64,000 nucleotides of DNA from an uncultured virus (IMG/VR IMGVR_UViG_3300024503_000494) (Duplodnaviria; Heunggongvirae; Uroviricota; Caudoviricetes): positions 1 through 64,000 of the IMG/VR virus record IMGVR_UViG_3300024503_000494; one strand, written 5' to 3'. Positions within the stretch are counted from its first letter, which is position 1, and the number at the start of each line of letters is the position of its first letter. Below are positions 28,815 through 38,689 of the stretch, one piece after another. The notes beneath the pieces are model-generated. The model searched no databases. It saw nothing but the letters and a program-made list of their open reading frames with translations, and was not told the DNA's origin. The translations under genes were made by a program, and so were the position numbers.

Positions 28815-30569
28815 ATGGACGCAAGAAACAATATCGCTACAGATTTATTCTATAAAATTAGAAGCCGTTTTAAGAACCTAAAATTAGGTGCTGAAACAGG
28901 CCAAATTACCATCAATCCTGAAGAAGCTAGATTCTTTGATTTTGATTATATGGAAGGTCAAACACCGATGGGTCACGTTAGTGTTAGCCTAGCAGAACCA
29001 AATTCTATGAAGGTATACTTCAGTCACGGAATTGCCGAAGGTATGGATGATCATCAGAAAGGTAATTGGTATAAGTTTTTGCGAGAATTACGTGAATTTG
29101 CTAAACGCAGACTATTAGCATTTGACACAAGAGATATTGCTAAGGATAATTTAGATCGTAGAGATTATGAATTTTTAGCTGCAAATGCGCAACCTAAGCA
29201 AACACAACCAAACACAATACAGAAACCAGTCGGAGAAAGCATTATGGCAGAAAGCTCAATGTACGGTAGCAGATTAATGAGTTACCAGAATTTAATGGAT
29301 ACTAAATTGATTATCAAACATAGTCAAGCAGTAATGGATGATCAACAACCTGGCGCACGAACAAGACACATTGCAGCACTTTTTGTAGAAAATCAAGACG
29401 GTGAAAGATTTAAATATCCTTTCATCCACCTAGCTGGTGCTCGTGCTATGCAACGCCACGTGGCCAACGGTGGTGTACCCTATGACGACATTGGTAAAAG
29501 TATTATTCAAATGAGTGAAGAAATTGCTCAATTAAAGAGCTTTGGTGGTTATGTTGTTCGTAACGATCTAATGAATTCAGAAACAAATTCAGTGGTTGAA
29601 CGTTCTACACAATACCTAAATAGCCTACGCGAGCAAATTAAGGCCCTAGCAAAACAAAGTCACTACGAAGCATATAGAGAAAATTTCCAGGCATATGACA
29701 GCGAAGAAGTACCGCAGGATGTAGTTGAAGATTTCAAAGAAAAATTTACAGTACGATCATTTAAAGAAGACATTGCATCAGTATTTCCGGTCTTATATAG
29801 ACTAATGAAAGAAGGAAACACTATAGGCTACGACGACATAGTCGCTTTAACACAAGAAGATATGCAAGAAGACATCGAAGTTGAGCAGACACAAGATGAT
29901 CCATTTGCCAAGTTTGAAAACTGGGTAATGGGTCTTGGAGAAGAGTCTGCTATAACTTCTGAAGATCCAGAAGAACAACAATCAGCCTTACAAAAATTAC
30001 AAGAATTAGTTGGACAAGAATTTCCTGCAGGTACAGATGGCACAAACGCAATTGAAAGTTTAAAAGGCCTAATTGAAGATCCAGAATTATACAAACGAAT
30101 TAAGGCAACAGCGGCGGAAGATGCAAATGCAGACGTCCGCCCTCAAATCCAAGGTTGGTTAGAATTAAATGCACCAGAGGCACTAGAGTCATTAGACTTT
30201 GGCGATATGGGAGCAGCCGCAGCTGAAGAACCAGCAGCAGCAGAAGTTCCTGCAGAAGAACCGGCAGAAGTTCCAGCAGCAGCACCTGCAGAAGAACCAC
30301 AAATGGCCAGCGATGATCCAGAAGAAAGACACGAGGGCAAGATGGGCGTTAAAGAATTAGCTGAATTCATTCATTCATTTTACGACCAAGAATCAGGTAC
30401 ATTCCCCAAAGGCCCAGAAGGTGTTTGCACAATGGTAGGCAAGAAGTTTGGTGAGCAGGCAGAGCAGGTTGCTCGCAAATTTGTTGAAAGAATGGCTCCT
30501 GAGCAGACTACAGAACAAAATCCTGAATTGGCTGAACTAGCAAGAGTCAGAGAACTAGCAGGCCTGTAA
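28815..30569 (+). CDS. Acidic hypothetical protein (possible head-internal protein)
   Basis: TAAATA-N5-ATG at 28815; GERFKYPF..LAGARAM.RHV; E/A-rich tail. Confidence 0.6.
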   Translation: MDARNNIATDLFYKIRSRFKNLKLGAETGQITINPEEARFFDFDYMEGQTPMGHVSVSLAEPNSMKVYFSHGIAEGMDDHQKGNWYKFLRELREFAKRRLLAFDTRDIAKDNLDRRDYEFLAANAQPKQTQPNTIQKPVGESIMAESSMYGSRLMSYQNLMDTKLIIKHSQAVMDDQQPGARTRHIAALFVENQDGERFKYPFIHLAGARAMQRHVANGGVPYDDIGKSIIQMSEEIAQLKSFGGYVVRNDLMNSETNSVVERSTQYLNSLREQIKALAKQSHYEAYRENFQAYDSEEVPQDVVEDFKEKFTVRSFKEDIASVFPVLYRLMKEGNTIGYDDIVALTQEDMQEDIEVEQTQDDPFAKFENWVMGLGEESAITSEDPEEQQSALQKLQELVGQEFPAGTDGTNAIESLKGLIEDPELYKRIKATAAEDANADVRPQIQGWLELNAPEALESLDFGDMGAAAAEEPAAAEVPAEEPAEVPAAAPAEEPQMASDDPEERHEGKMGVKELAEFIHSFYDQESGTFPKGPEGVCTMVGKKFGEQAEQVARKFVERMAPEQTTEQNPELAELARVRELAGL

Positions 30570-30583
30570 TAGAAGGATAATCA

Positions 30584-31999
30584 ATGAACGGTATTTTAGG
30601 AACTTGGACCTTACTTCCAAATATTAATCAGGCAATTTACACAAATGCCTACGATACTCCTAGTGTCGTTATTATCAATTTGTGTAATAGAGGAAGCACC
30701 ATAGCCAACGTAAGAGTTGCTATTAGCACAAGTGCAACCTCACCAGCCGCCGGTGAATTTATTGTTTATGACCAACCAATAGATCCAAAAACTACTTTAG
30801 AAAAACAAAGTATAATGGTATCACCTGGCAAAAGCGTGGTCGTTAGATCGTCATCTAGTGATGTAAATGCTGTTATCTATGGAGTTACAAATAGAACCAC
30901 TGCACCCCCAGGGATAGCAACAAACTACGGAACTGCACCTATGTGGGTAACGAACCCTACATTGCCTACATTTTATGCAGCGGATTCTTCTACGTCTATT
31001 CAATTAAGTGCTACTGACAGCGAAGGAGAAGCAGTTACTTATGCAGTGACTTCTGGATCTTTGCCAACAGGAACTAGTTTATCGTCATCTGGATTAATCA
31101 CAGGCACACCAACGGCCACAGGATATTCTTTTGGATTACCAGATACAAATAGTACTGTTCAGATAACTGCAACTGATTCTAGAAGCAACGGAACTCCTCA
31201 AACTTTTAATATTGTTAAACGTTGGGCAGACGGTTCATCACAGGCGCTGGCAGCAACCAACGCACAAACAATTTATAATCTTAGTGCTACTTATCAAGGT
31301 GCTGGTGCATCTAATTGGTACTGGATTAAAGGCAACACCACAGATACTAGCCAGGCAAGAAGAATGTACTGTAGTATGAACGGTGCAGGCTATATGCTTT
31401 GGTATCATTACAGAGATCCTATGAGTGGTAGCTTAACCATTTCAGATCCAGGCAACTCTGGTACAACCTATACATTAACCAGCACAACAGCTATGTTTAT
31501 GTATGCATTACCGGCTGCGATTGTTAATAACGTAACGTACCTATATTTAAATTCAGATAATGATGCTAGCTATACAACTCCAGCATTTGCTAATTTTAAA
31601 TATGCAGTTGGATTAAATTCTGAATTACGAGCATGGTTAAGAGCAACCAAAGATCGAGGTAATTATTGGGGAGTTGATCTCAACCTTGTAAACAATATAC
31701 GTACTCAAAATGATGTAAACTATCCAAACTATAGATTCGGTACACTAATTGGCGAAATGCAGTACGGACACAATAACGGTGGCTCAGACGAAGTAGACGG
31801 ATACACATTTAGAAATAGTTATAATACCGGAGGATTTAAGTGGACATCTTCTAGCGATATTTGGAACTACGCTGGATGGGGACCAATCGATGCTTCAAGC
31901 CCAACTAGCGTAAACACAGGTTGGGGTTCTACAGGTCTTGACGAAGGTACATGGGGCGGTACTAACCGACAATATCACTTATATGCCTGGATAAAATAA
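30584..31999 (+). CDS. Virion decoration/receptor-binding protein with putative Ig domain
   Basis: SGSLPTGTSLSSSGLITGTPT Ig-like motif; YWIK..MYCSM..GYML fibrinogen-like C-terminal start. Confidence 0.65.
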   Translation: MNGILGTWTLLPNINQAIYTNAYDTPSVVIINLCNRGSTIANVRVAISTSATSPAAGEFIVYDQPIDPKTTLEKQSIMVSPGKSVVVRSSSSDVNAVIYGVTNRTTAPPGIATNYGTAPMWVTNPTLPTFYAADSSTSIQLSATDSEGEAVTYAVTSGSLPTGTSLSSSGLITGTPTATGYSFGLPDTNSTVQITATDSRSNGTPQTFNIVKRWADGSSQALAATNAQTIYNLSATYQGAGASNWYWIKGNTTDTSQARRMYCSMNGAGYMLWYHYRDPMSGSLTISDPGNSGTTYTLTSTTAMFMYALPAAIVNNVTYLYLNSDNDASYTTPAFANFKYAVGLNSELRAWLRATKDRGNYWGVDLNLVNNIRTQNDVNYPNYRFGTLIGEMQYGHNNGGSDEVDGYTFRNSYNTGGFKWTSSSDIWNYAGWGPIDASSPTSVNTGWGSTGLDEGTWGGTNRQYHLYAWIK

Positions 32000-32005
32000 T
32001 AATTC

Positions 32006-32034
32006 AAAAAAGGCTCTTAGGAGCCTTTTTTTTT
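32006..32034. terminator. Intrinsic terminator
   Basis: AAAAAAGGCTC-TTAG-GAGCCTTTTTT. Confidence 0.85.
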
Positions 32035-32129
32035 GGATAAAATATTTGTCAACTTTTTTGTATGCTAGAACGTTAATATAATACACAGGGAAGGTTTTTC
32101 TGTGTTTAACCTAAAAAAAGGAAATTACT

Positions 32130-32303
32130 ATGAAACTAGTAGCAACTTTAGTAGCATCATTATTTGCAGTATCCGCTTTCGCTGCTGATGCACCTAAGAA
32201 AGAAGAAAAGAAAGCAGAAGCCAAACCAGCTGCATCTGCGCCAGCACCTGCTGCTAAGGAAGCTCCAAAAGCTCCTGCTAAGAAAGAAGAAGCTAAGAAG
32301 TAA
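32130..32303 (+). CDS. 57-aa secreted K/A/P-rich peptide (not in ORF track)
   Basis: MKLVATLVASLFAVSAFA-ADAPKKEEKKAEAKPAASAPAPAAKEAPKAPAKKEEAKK*; AAGGA RBS. Confidence 0.8.
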   Translation: MKLVATLVASLFAVSAFAADAPKKEEKKAEAKPAASAPAPAAKEAPKAPAKKEEAKK

Positions 32304-32368
32304 TTTTAATTGCCCCTTGTCAACGAAAGTTGGCACTGGGGCGTTATTATAATATCAAGGAGGGTTTT

Positions 32369-32665
32369 ATGAAAAAACTCTTAATTGCAGGTTTAATTGG
32401 TTTATCTGCTTTTGGTGCGCAAGCAGGTCCATACCACGGACATCATGGTGGACACCATATGCATCATAGGGGTAGTTGGAATTGGGTAGTTCCAGCTGTT
32501 GTTGGAGGTGCTGTAGTATATGCCGCAACTCGCCCTGTAGTTGTTCAACAACCGCCAACGGTTATTCAACAACCGCCCGTTTATACGCAACAACAAGTAT
32601 GTGGTCCTTGGACTGAAATACGCAATCCAGACGGTAGCGTGACAATTACAAGGACTTGTCAATAA
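32369..32665 (+). CDS. Secreted His-rich, Pro/Val-repeat small protein
   Basis: Signal peptide MKKLLIAGLIGLSAFGAQA; HGHHGGHHMHH; VVVQQPP repeats; AGGAG RBS. Confidence 0.75.
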   Translation: MKKLLIAGLIGLSAFGAQAGPYHGHHGGHHMHHRGSWNWVVPAVVGGAVVYAATRPVVVQQPPTVIQQPPVYTQQQVCGPWTEIRNPDGSVTITRTCQ

Positions 32666-32683
32666 TGTTAATGAGGACTAGAA

Positions 32684-33082
32684 ATGAAAAGGTTAGCAGT
32701 GATTCTTACTGCGATGATTACAATTGGGATAAGCCAAGTAAGTATGGCTCAGAAAAACCTCTTTGGGAATCATACCATTACAGAATCGTCAGCGAAGACT
32801 GCGACCAAAAAAGGACCAGTCCTTGTAAAATCCCTAAGATTACCCAAGAATAAAATTTTTACAGGTAATCCTCATAAAATTACTTTATTTGCAGACGATA
32901 AAGAATATGATATTATAGAAGTTGACGATATTATTACATCTTATCGTCGACGCGATCTTCAAAGAATTCAAACAGACCCAACACCAGATGATCCGGACGG
33001 GTTAATTACTGAAGAAATACGGTGGAAACTATTTTTAGCAAGAACAGCGGCTATGATTCGTTATCACCAAATCCACTCATAG
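32684..33082 (+). CDS. Hypothetical protein with signal peptide
   Basis: MKRLAVILTAMITIGISQVSMA. Confidence 0.6.
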   Translation: MKRLAVILTAMITIGISQVSMAQKNLFGNHTITESSAKTATKKGPVLVKSLRLPKNKIFTGNPHKITLFADDKEYDIIEVDDIITSYRRRDLQRIQTDPTPDDPDGLITEEIRWKLFLARTAAMIRYHQIHS

Positions 33083-33096
33083 AGTGGATTTTTTTT
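33069..33096 (+). terminator. Intrinsic terminator
   Basis: AAATCCACTC-ATA-GAGTGGATTTTTTTT. Confidence 0.8.
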
Positions 33097-33121
33097 GGTG
33101 AAATAAAATCTTAAAAACCCT

Positions 33122-33150
33122 TTGACTTTGCTAAATAAAAAGCGCATAAT
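33122..33150 (+). promoter_or_regulatory. Sigma70-type promoter with nested TAAATA
   Basis: TTGACT-N17-CATAAT; TAAATA within the spacer. Confidence 0.65.
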
Positions 33151-33207
33151 AGTTGTTATGCGATAGGCATAAAGTCATTTACATTAAAGGCATAAGGAGG
33201 CTATAAA

Positions 33208-34218
33208 ATGGCAACATTAGCAGAAATTCGTGCAAAACTTCAAGAAGCACAAGGCAAGTCCACAGGACAATCAACAGGCGGCGGCGATAACGCAATTTAC
33301 CCACACTGGAATATGCAGGAAGGTAAAGAAGCCGTAGTACGTTTTCTACCAGACGGTAACCCAAACAACACTTTCTTTTGGGTAGAGCGTGCAATGATCA
33401 AACTCCCATTTGCAGGTATTAAAGGTGAAACAGATTCACGTCCAGTTCAAGTACAGGTTCCCTGTGTTGAAATGTACAACGATGGTTCAGTTTGTCCTAT
33501 TCTATCTGAAGTGCGTGGTTGGTTTAAAGACAAATCACTAGAAGAAATGGGTCGTAAATATTGGAAGAAGCGTTCATACATTTTCCAAGGCTTTGTAGTT
33601 GAAGATGCACTCAAAGAAGATAATACACCAGACAATCCGATTCGTAGATTCATTATCGGTCCTCAGATTTTCCAAACTATTAAATCTGCTCTTATGGACC
33701 CTGAGTTGGAAGAATTGCCAACTGACTACCTCCGTGGTGTAGATTTCCGTATTGCTAAAACCAGCAAAGGCGGATTTGCTGACTACTCTACTTCAAAGTG
33801 GAGCCGTCGTGAACGTTCAATTTCTGATGCAGATAAGGCAGCGATTGAACAATTTGGTTTGTTTAATCTATCAGACTTCCTACCTAAGAAGCCGACAGAC
33901 GTTGAACTCAAGGTTATGAAAGAAATGTTTGAAGCGTCAGTTGACGGTGAAGCATATGATATGGACCGTTGGGGACAATACTTCAAACCAGCAGGTATGG
34001 GTCAAGCAACTGGTGATCCTAACAAAGCAGCCGCTCCGGCAGCTCGCGTTAGCGCACCTGCTCCTCAAACATCTAGTGAAGAAGATCTTCCTTGGGAAGA
34101 TTCTGCTCCTGCAGAAGCACCTGCTCCAAAGGCAGCACCTGCTCCAGCAGCCGGCGGTGAAAACGCATCACGTGCTCAAGACATCTTGGCAATGATTCGT
34201 AATCGTCAAAAGCAATAA
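33208..34218 (+). CDS. gp32: Single-stranded DNA-binding protein, T4 gp32-like
   Basis: VRFLPD, C..CPI, YWKKRSY, GGFADYSTSKW, flexible acidic/Ala tail; AGGAGG RBS. Confidence 0.9.
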   Translation: MATLAEIRAKLQEAQGKSTGQSTGGGDNAIYPHWNMQEGKEAVVRFLPDGNPNNTFFWVERAMIKLPFAGIKGETDSRPVQVQVPCVEMYNDGSVCPILSEVRGWFKDKSLEEMGRKYWKKRSYIFQGFVVEDALKEDNTPDNPIRRFIIGPQIFQTIKSALMDPELEELPTDYLRGVDFRIAKTSKGGFADYSTSKWSRRERSISDADKAAIEQFGLFNLSDFLPKKPTDVELKVMKEMFEASVDGEAYDMDRWGQYFKPAGMGQATGDPNKAAAPAARVSAPAPQTSSEEDLPWEDSAPAEAPAPKAAPAPAAGGENASRAQDILAMIRNRQKQ

Positions 34219-34286
34219 TCAACACGGCTCGGGCCACTGTGACTTAGTCATACGCCCGGGCTCTCTTCACTATTTAGGAGATAATA

Positions 34287-34475
34287 ATGAAACTAGACAA
34301 ACTAACAAAAGTAAATGAGTCAATTACTATCAATCGTTACGACAACGGTTGGATGGTTGAAATTGGCGGCAGAAATAAAAAAGAAGATTGGGCAAATACC
34401 AAGACCCTTTGCAACACAGAAGAAGAAGTAATCACTCTAATTAAAGAGTGGAATAAACTACCATTGGATCAATAA
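34287..34475 (+). CDS. Hypothetical protein
   Basis: 62 aa, AGGAG RBS. Confidence 0.7.
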   Translation: MKLDKLTKVNESITINRYDNGWMVEIGGRNKKEDWANTKTLCNTEEEVITLIKEWNKLPLDQ

Positions 34476-34477
34476 TT

Positions 34478-35554
34478 ATGGCAAAAGCATTTGATATTTC
34501 TAAATTTAGAAAGTCAATTACTAAGTCTATTGACGGTCTTAGTATTGGCTTTAACGACCCTACTGATTGGGTCAGCACAGGCAATTTTGCCTTAAACTAT
34601 TTGATCAGCGGCGATTTCCATAAAGGGGTTCCGTTGGGAAAAGTGACTGTATTTGCCGGTGAATCAGGTGCAGGTAAATCATATATCTGTTCCGGTAACC
34701 TTATCAAGGCAGCACAGGCACAGGGAATTTATCCTATCTTGATCGATACAGAAAATGCTCTTGACGAAGATTGGCTCAAGGCATTAGGCGTCGATACTTC
34801 AGAAGATAAGTTGCTAAAACTTAATATGGCAATGATCGATGATGTAGCAAAGACCATTACAGAATTTGTTGCTGAATATAAAACAATGCCAGAGGATACT
34901 CGTCCTAAAGTATTGTTTATCCTTGACTCTTTAGGTATGTTGCTTACTCCAACAGATGTTAATCAGTTTGAAGCAGGTGATTTGAAAGGCGATATGGGTC
35001 GTAAGCCTAAGGCATTGACAGCACTTGTTCGTAACTGTGTTAATATGTTTGGATCACTTAACATTGGCCTGGTTGCAACTAATCACACATACGCTTCACA
35101 AGATATGTTTGATCCAGATGACAAGATTTCAGGTGGTCAGGGCTTTATCTACGCTAGCTCTATTGTAGTTGCTATGCGTAAGTTAAAGTTAAAAGAAGAT
35201 GAAGATGGTAACAAGATTTCAGAAGTTAAGGGTATTCGTGCCGCTTGTAAGATTATGAAAACTCGTTATGCTAAACCATTTGAAAGTGTACAAGTGAAGA
35301 TTCCTTATGAAACAGGTATGAATCCATATAGTGGACTGGTAGATCTGGCAGAAGAAAAAGGTCTTCTAAAGAAAGAAGGTAACAGTCTTGTTTACACAAC
35401 TAAAGATGGTGAAATCATCAAACAGTTCCGCAAAGCCTGGGAAAGAAATGAAAATGGTGGCTTAGATGCTATTATGTCTGACATTTCAAAACATGGTGAA
35501 AATTCCGTTTCTGAGATAACTACTAATGTCGAACCTGAAACGGAGAGCGTATAA
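34478..35554 (+). CDS. uvsX: RecA-like recombinase
   Basis: AGESGAGKS, IDTENALD, LDSLGML, TNHTY, SGGQG. Confidence 0.95.
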   Translation: MAKAFDISKFRKSITKSIDGLSIGFNDPTDWVSTGNFALNYLISGDFHKGVPLGKVTVFAGESGAGKSYICSGNLIKAAQAQGIYPILIDTENALDEDWLKALGVDTSEDKLLKLNMAMIDDVAKTITEFVAEYKTMPEDTRPKVLFILDSLGMLLTPTDVNQFEAGDLKGDMGRKPKALTALVRNCVNMFGSLNIGLVATNHTYASQDMFDPDDKISGGQGFIYASSIVVAMRKLKLKEDEDGNKISEVKGIRAACKIMKTRYAKPFESVQVKIPYETGMNPYSGLVDLAEEKGLLKKEGNSLVYTTKDGEIIKQFRKAWERNENGGLDAIMSDISKHGENSVSEITTNVEPETESV

Positions 35555-35799
35555 TGAAAGAAGACTTAATTGCAGATCTTTGGTCTGTTGTTGTTGAGGT
35601 AATTCCAGAAAAACAACGTGCCAATGTGGCAGCAGACTTTGTCAACACTTTAATGGACTATGGTATTAAAGAATCAACTTTAGATAGTCTATTAGGGGTT
35701 GACCCTTACCTAGATAATGCTATAGAATATGTTATCGATGGTGAGGAGATTGAAAGTGATGAGGAAGAAAATTACGGTTACGATGACGACGAGGAATAA
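35554..35799 (+). CDS. Small acidic hypothetical protein
   Basis: 81 aa between uvsX and uvsY. Confidence 0.65.
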   Translation: MKEDLIADLWSVVVEVIPEKQRANVAADFVNTLMDYGIKESTLDSLLGVDPYLDNAIEYVIDGEEIESDEEENYGYDDDEE

Positions 35800-36255
35800 A
35801 TGAATTGGTATGATCGAGTTTCAAAGGATATTTCAAATATTCCAGATGCTGTGGCTTATTATGAAGCCCAATTAACTGAGGCAAAACAAGATGCCCGTAT
35901 AGCGGGGAACATCGAGAAAGCGTCTGCGCAGATGCCCGGCATTGTTGAAAATCGATTTAATCAACTTCAAGAAATTGAAGCAATTTTAGAATACCTAAAC
36001 ATTGAACTTCGTCGGCTTCGTAGTCAACATTTTCGTAAGTATCTTGAAAACTATCAACGTAGCCTCTCCTCTAGAGATTGTGAAAAATTTGTAGAGGGCG
36101 AGGCCGACGTTGTAGACTTTGAAAAAATTATCAATGACTTTGCCCTACTTAGAAATAAGTGGTTGGGTATTATCAAAGCATTAGATCAAAAACAATGGCA
36201 TCTAAGCAACATTGTTAAACTACGTGTAGCTGGTTTAGAAGACGCTACTCTTTAA
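35800..36255 (+). CDS. uvsY: Recombination mediator UvsY-like
   Basis: Helical; K.VEGE.D, LD.KQW...NIVKLRVAGLED; position after uvsX. Confidence 0.8.
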   Translation: MNWYDRVSKDISNIPDAVAYYEAQLTEAKQDARIAGNIEKASAQMPGIVENRFNQLQEIEAILEYLNIELRRLRSQHFRKYLENYQRSLSSRDCEKFVEGEADVVDFEKIINDFALLRNKWLGIIKALDQKQWHLSNIVKLRVAGLEDATL

Positions 36256-37046
36256 AACCTCATACCAGGAAATACAGTTTTCTTAACCTGGTTATTATCG
36301 TGATCCATAGTTTTAAATAAATCAAATGGTAGATCTAATTGTTTGCATAGGTCTGCCATTGCTTTTGTGTCTTTAGGCAAACACATTCCTCCATACCCTC
36401 GCATTTCTGGTCCGCAGCTAAGATAATCAGGACTTGATGTTTTTCTTAATAAAAAAGTTTCTAATACTTTGTCGTAGTCTGAATTTAGTTTATCACAGAC
36501 TTCGTACATAACGTTTGCAAATACTACTCGCAAAGCATTAAAAGTGTTTGAATAATACTTTAATATCTCTGCTTCAGTGGGCGTCATTCTAACTGTATTC
36601 TTAGGAAGCCAAGAATGTGCTTCACAGACCTTGTGCCAGGACCTGTCTGTATAACATCCTACTGCTAGTACATCGTGATTTCTTACAAAATCTTCTAGGG
36701 CAGATCGTTCTCTTAAAAATTCAGGAACAAAGCAAATATCTTTATCATTATATTTTTCAATTATAGATTGTGTGGTTCCTGGCACCGATGTTGATTTAAG
36801 AGCGATCACACCCTGATATTTTAAATTTTTTAAATTAGATATTGTTTGATGCACAATTGACAAATCGCATTCGCCATTTTCACCCGACGGTGTTGGCACA
36901 CAAACAAATACAATTTCAGTATCCAATACACTATCGATAGTTGTATTAAATTTAGGATCGTGTTTAGTTACATCGTGTCCTAACATCTTAAATCCTTCAC
37001 CAACAGCACTACCTACTGCTCCCCAACCAATAATTCCTATTTTCAT
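36252..37046 (-). CDS. UDP-glucose/GDP-mannose dehydrogenase family protein (short form)
   Basis: GWGAVG, FVCVPTP, KSTSVPGT, PEFLRE, AEILKY..N, GYGGMCLPKD. Confidence 0.9.
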   Translation of the reverse strand: MKIGIIGWGAVGSAVGEGFKMLGHDVTKHDPKFNTTIDSVLDTEIVFVCVPTPSGENGECDLSIVHQTISNLKNLKYQGVIALKSTSVPGTTQSIIEKYNDKDICFVPEFLRERSALEDFVRNHDVLAVGCYTDRSWHKVCEAHSWLPKNTVRMTPTEAEILKYYSNTFNALRVVFANVMYEVCDKLNSDYDKVLETFLLRKTSSPDYLSCGPEMRGYGGMCLPKDTKAMADLCKQLDLPFDLFKTMDHDNNQVKKTVFPGMRF

Positions 37047-37900
37047 ATTAAGCTCTCAACAGTTTTCTTTAATCCGTCTTTCAATGATGTATATTCTGTA
37101 AATCCGGTTAATTTTTTCATCAGGGTAGTATCGGGGCAACGTCTTTTTGCACTACCTTTTGGACCTGGAAGTATTTCTAATTTCTCCGGATCTACTCCCA
37201 TTATGTCTAAAATAATTCTTGCTACTTCAGCAATTTCATTTTCTTCTTGTCTGCCTACGTTAACTATATAATTTTTATTATTTGTCACTAGTCTATGAGT
37301 TATTTCAACAGCATCGTCGATATAACAAAAACTTCTTGTATCATTGCCTTTGATATAATACTCACCTTTGGCAACACGTTCAACAAATTCGCTGATGAAA
37401 TGATCTACCTGACCAGGACCGTAGATATTAAAGTATCTAATAATTAACCAATCTAATCCAGAATTAGCAACTAAGTTTTCTCCTAGTGCTTTTGGTAAAC
37501 TATAGCTCCAGCGAGGATTGATCACATCTTCAAACATCACAGGAACTGATTCATCAGTGGGAACTGGATATAGTCCTTTATCAATAGCACCATTAAAAAT
37601 TTCACAAGTGCTTGTAAAAACAAATTTAGTATCTGTACCTTTATATCTATTAATTAAATTAAATGTTGGTAAAGTATTATTAAATGCAACTTCAGTTGGT
37701 TTTTCGTAGAACAGTTTGGTTCCATTGGTCGCGGCCATATGAACAACGACATCACAATTTGGAGAAGAATTTGTTATGTCTGGTAAACAAAGGTCTTGGC
37801 CTTCTCTTTTATCAAATACTACGGTTTCGTGTTTATCTTTAATTAAATTATAATAATGGCTACCAATAAATCCTCTATGGCCTGTAAGTAATATTTTCAT
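37043..37900 (-). CDS. NAD-dependent epimerase/decarboxylase (UDP-GlcA decarboxylase/ArnA-like SDR)
   Basis: TGHRGFIGS, HMAA, FTSTCE, PRWSYSLPK, RYFNIYGP, TRSFCYIDD, RRCPD. Confidence 0.85.
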   Translation of the reverse strand: MKILLTGHRGFIGSHYYNLIKDKHETVVFDKREGQDLCLPDITNSSPNCDVVVHMAATNGTKLFYEKPTEVAFNNTLPTFNLINRYKGTDTKFVFTSTCEIFNGAIDKGLYPVPTDESVPVMFEDVINPRWSYSLPKALGENLVANSGLDWLIIRYFNIYGPGQVDHFISEFVERVAKGEYYIKGNDTRSFCYIDDAVEITHRLVTNNKNYIVNVGRQEENEIAEVARIILDIMGVDPEKLEILPGPKGSAKRRCPDTTLMKKLTGFTEYTSLKDGLKKTVESLI

Positions 37901-37948
37901 AGAAATATTTATCGACTAAATATGAGCAGTTAATAGAATTGGACTACA

Positions 37949-38689
37949 ATGCGATCTTTTAGAGTAGTGACTACACAACATAAACCTTACTATGACCTTA
38001 TCGGTAAGGAATGTATTCAATCCTTTTTGAAATATTGGCCTAAAGAGGTTTCAATCGAATTATGGGCAGAAAATTTTGAACCCGACATAACAGACCCTAG
38101 ATTAATAATTAAAGATTTTAATAAAATAAATCCTAGATTTGAAAACTTTAAACAATTAATGTTTTCGTCAACAACAAATGACAAAGTATTATCTAAGAAA
38201 ACATTTTGGCTAAAAGGACACGTAGTTTTAACAGCTCTTGAAACTTTTGATTCCGATGTGTTTATATGGTTAGACAGTGATGTAATAACTCATAATTATG
38301 TTACCATTGAATATTTGAATTCTTTAATTCCAGAAGACACATTAGCTGTTGATGTTCCTGCAGGAGGAAAAGGTCGTGATAAAGAAGCAGAAACAGGATT
38401 TTTTGGATTAAATCTAAAAATGAAAGAATCAAAATCTGTTATCGATTACTATAGAGAATATCATACAACACTAAAAATGTTAGATACACCTAGATATATG
38501 GAAACATCCGTATGGTGGTCGGCTATAAAAAATTCAGGTGCAAAAGCTAATCATTTAAAAACATCTAAGGATCATTTGATGCCGTTTATGTATACTGAAT
38601 TAGCTCAATATATGCGTCATTGGGTAGCACAAAAAAATAAGGCTAATTATTCTAAAGGCAGCAGAGAAAAAACTCAGGAAGAACAATGA
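37949..38689 (+). CDS. Putative GT-A glycosyltransferase, paralog A1
   Basis: VVTT..YY...GK..I.SFLKYWP; FWLK; IWLDSDV DxD motif; ETGF. Confidence 0.65.
   Translation: MRSFRVVTTQHKPYYDLIGKECIQSFLKYWPKEVSIELWAENFEPDITDPRLIIKDFNKINPRFENFKQLMFSSTTNDKVLSKKTFWLKGHVVLTALETFDSDVFIWLDSDVITHNYVTIEYLNSLIPEDTLAVDVPAGGKGRDKEAETGFFGLNLKMKESKSVIDYYREYHTTLKMLDTPRYMETSVWWSAIKNSGAKANHLKTSKDHLMPFMYTELAQYMRHWVAQKNKANYSKGSREKTQEEQ

Noticed and set aside
30220..30300. GCAGAAGAACC-type short repeats
   Set aside because: Encode a low-complexity AEEPAA linker
32164..32352. 62-aa track ORF
   Set aside because: Wrong frame; the real gene is 32130..32303
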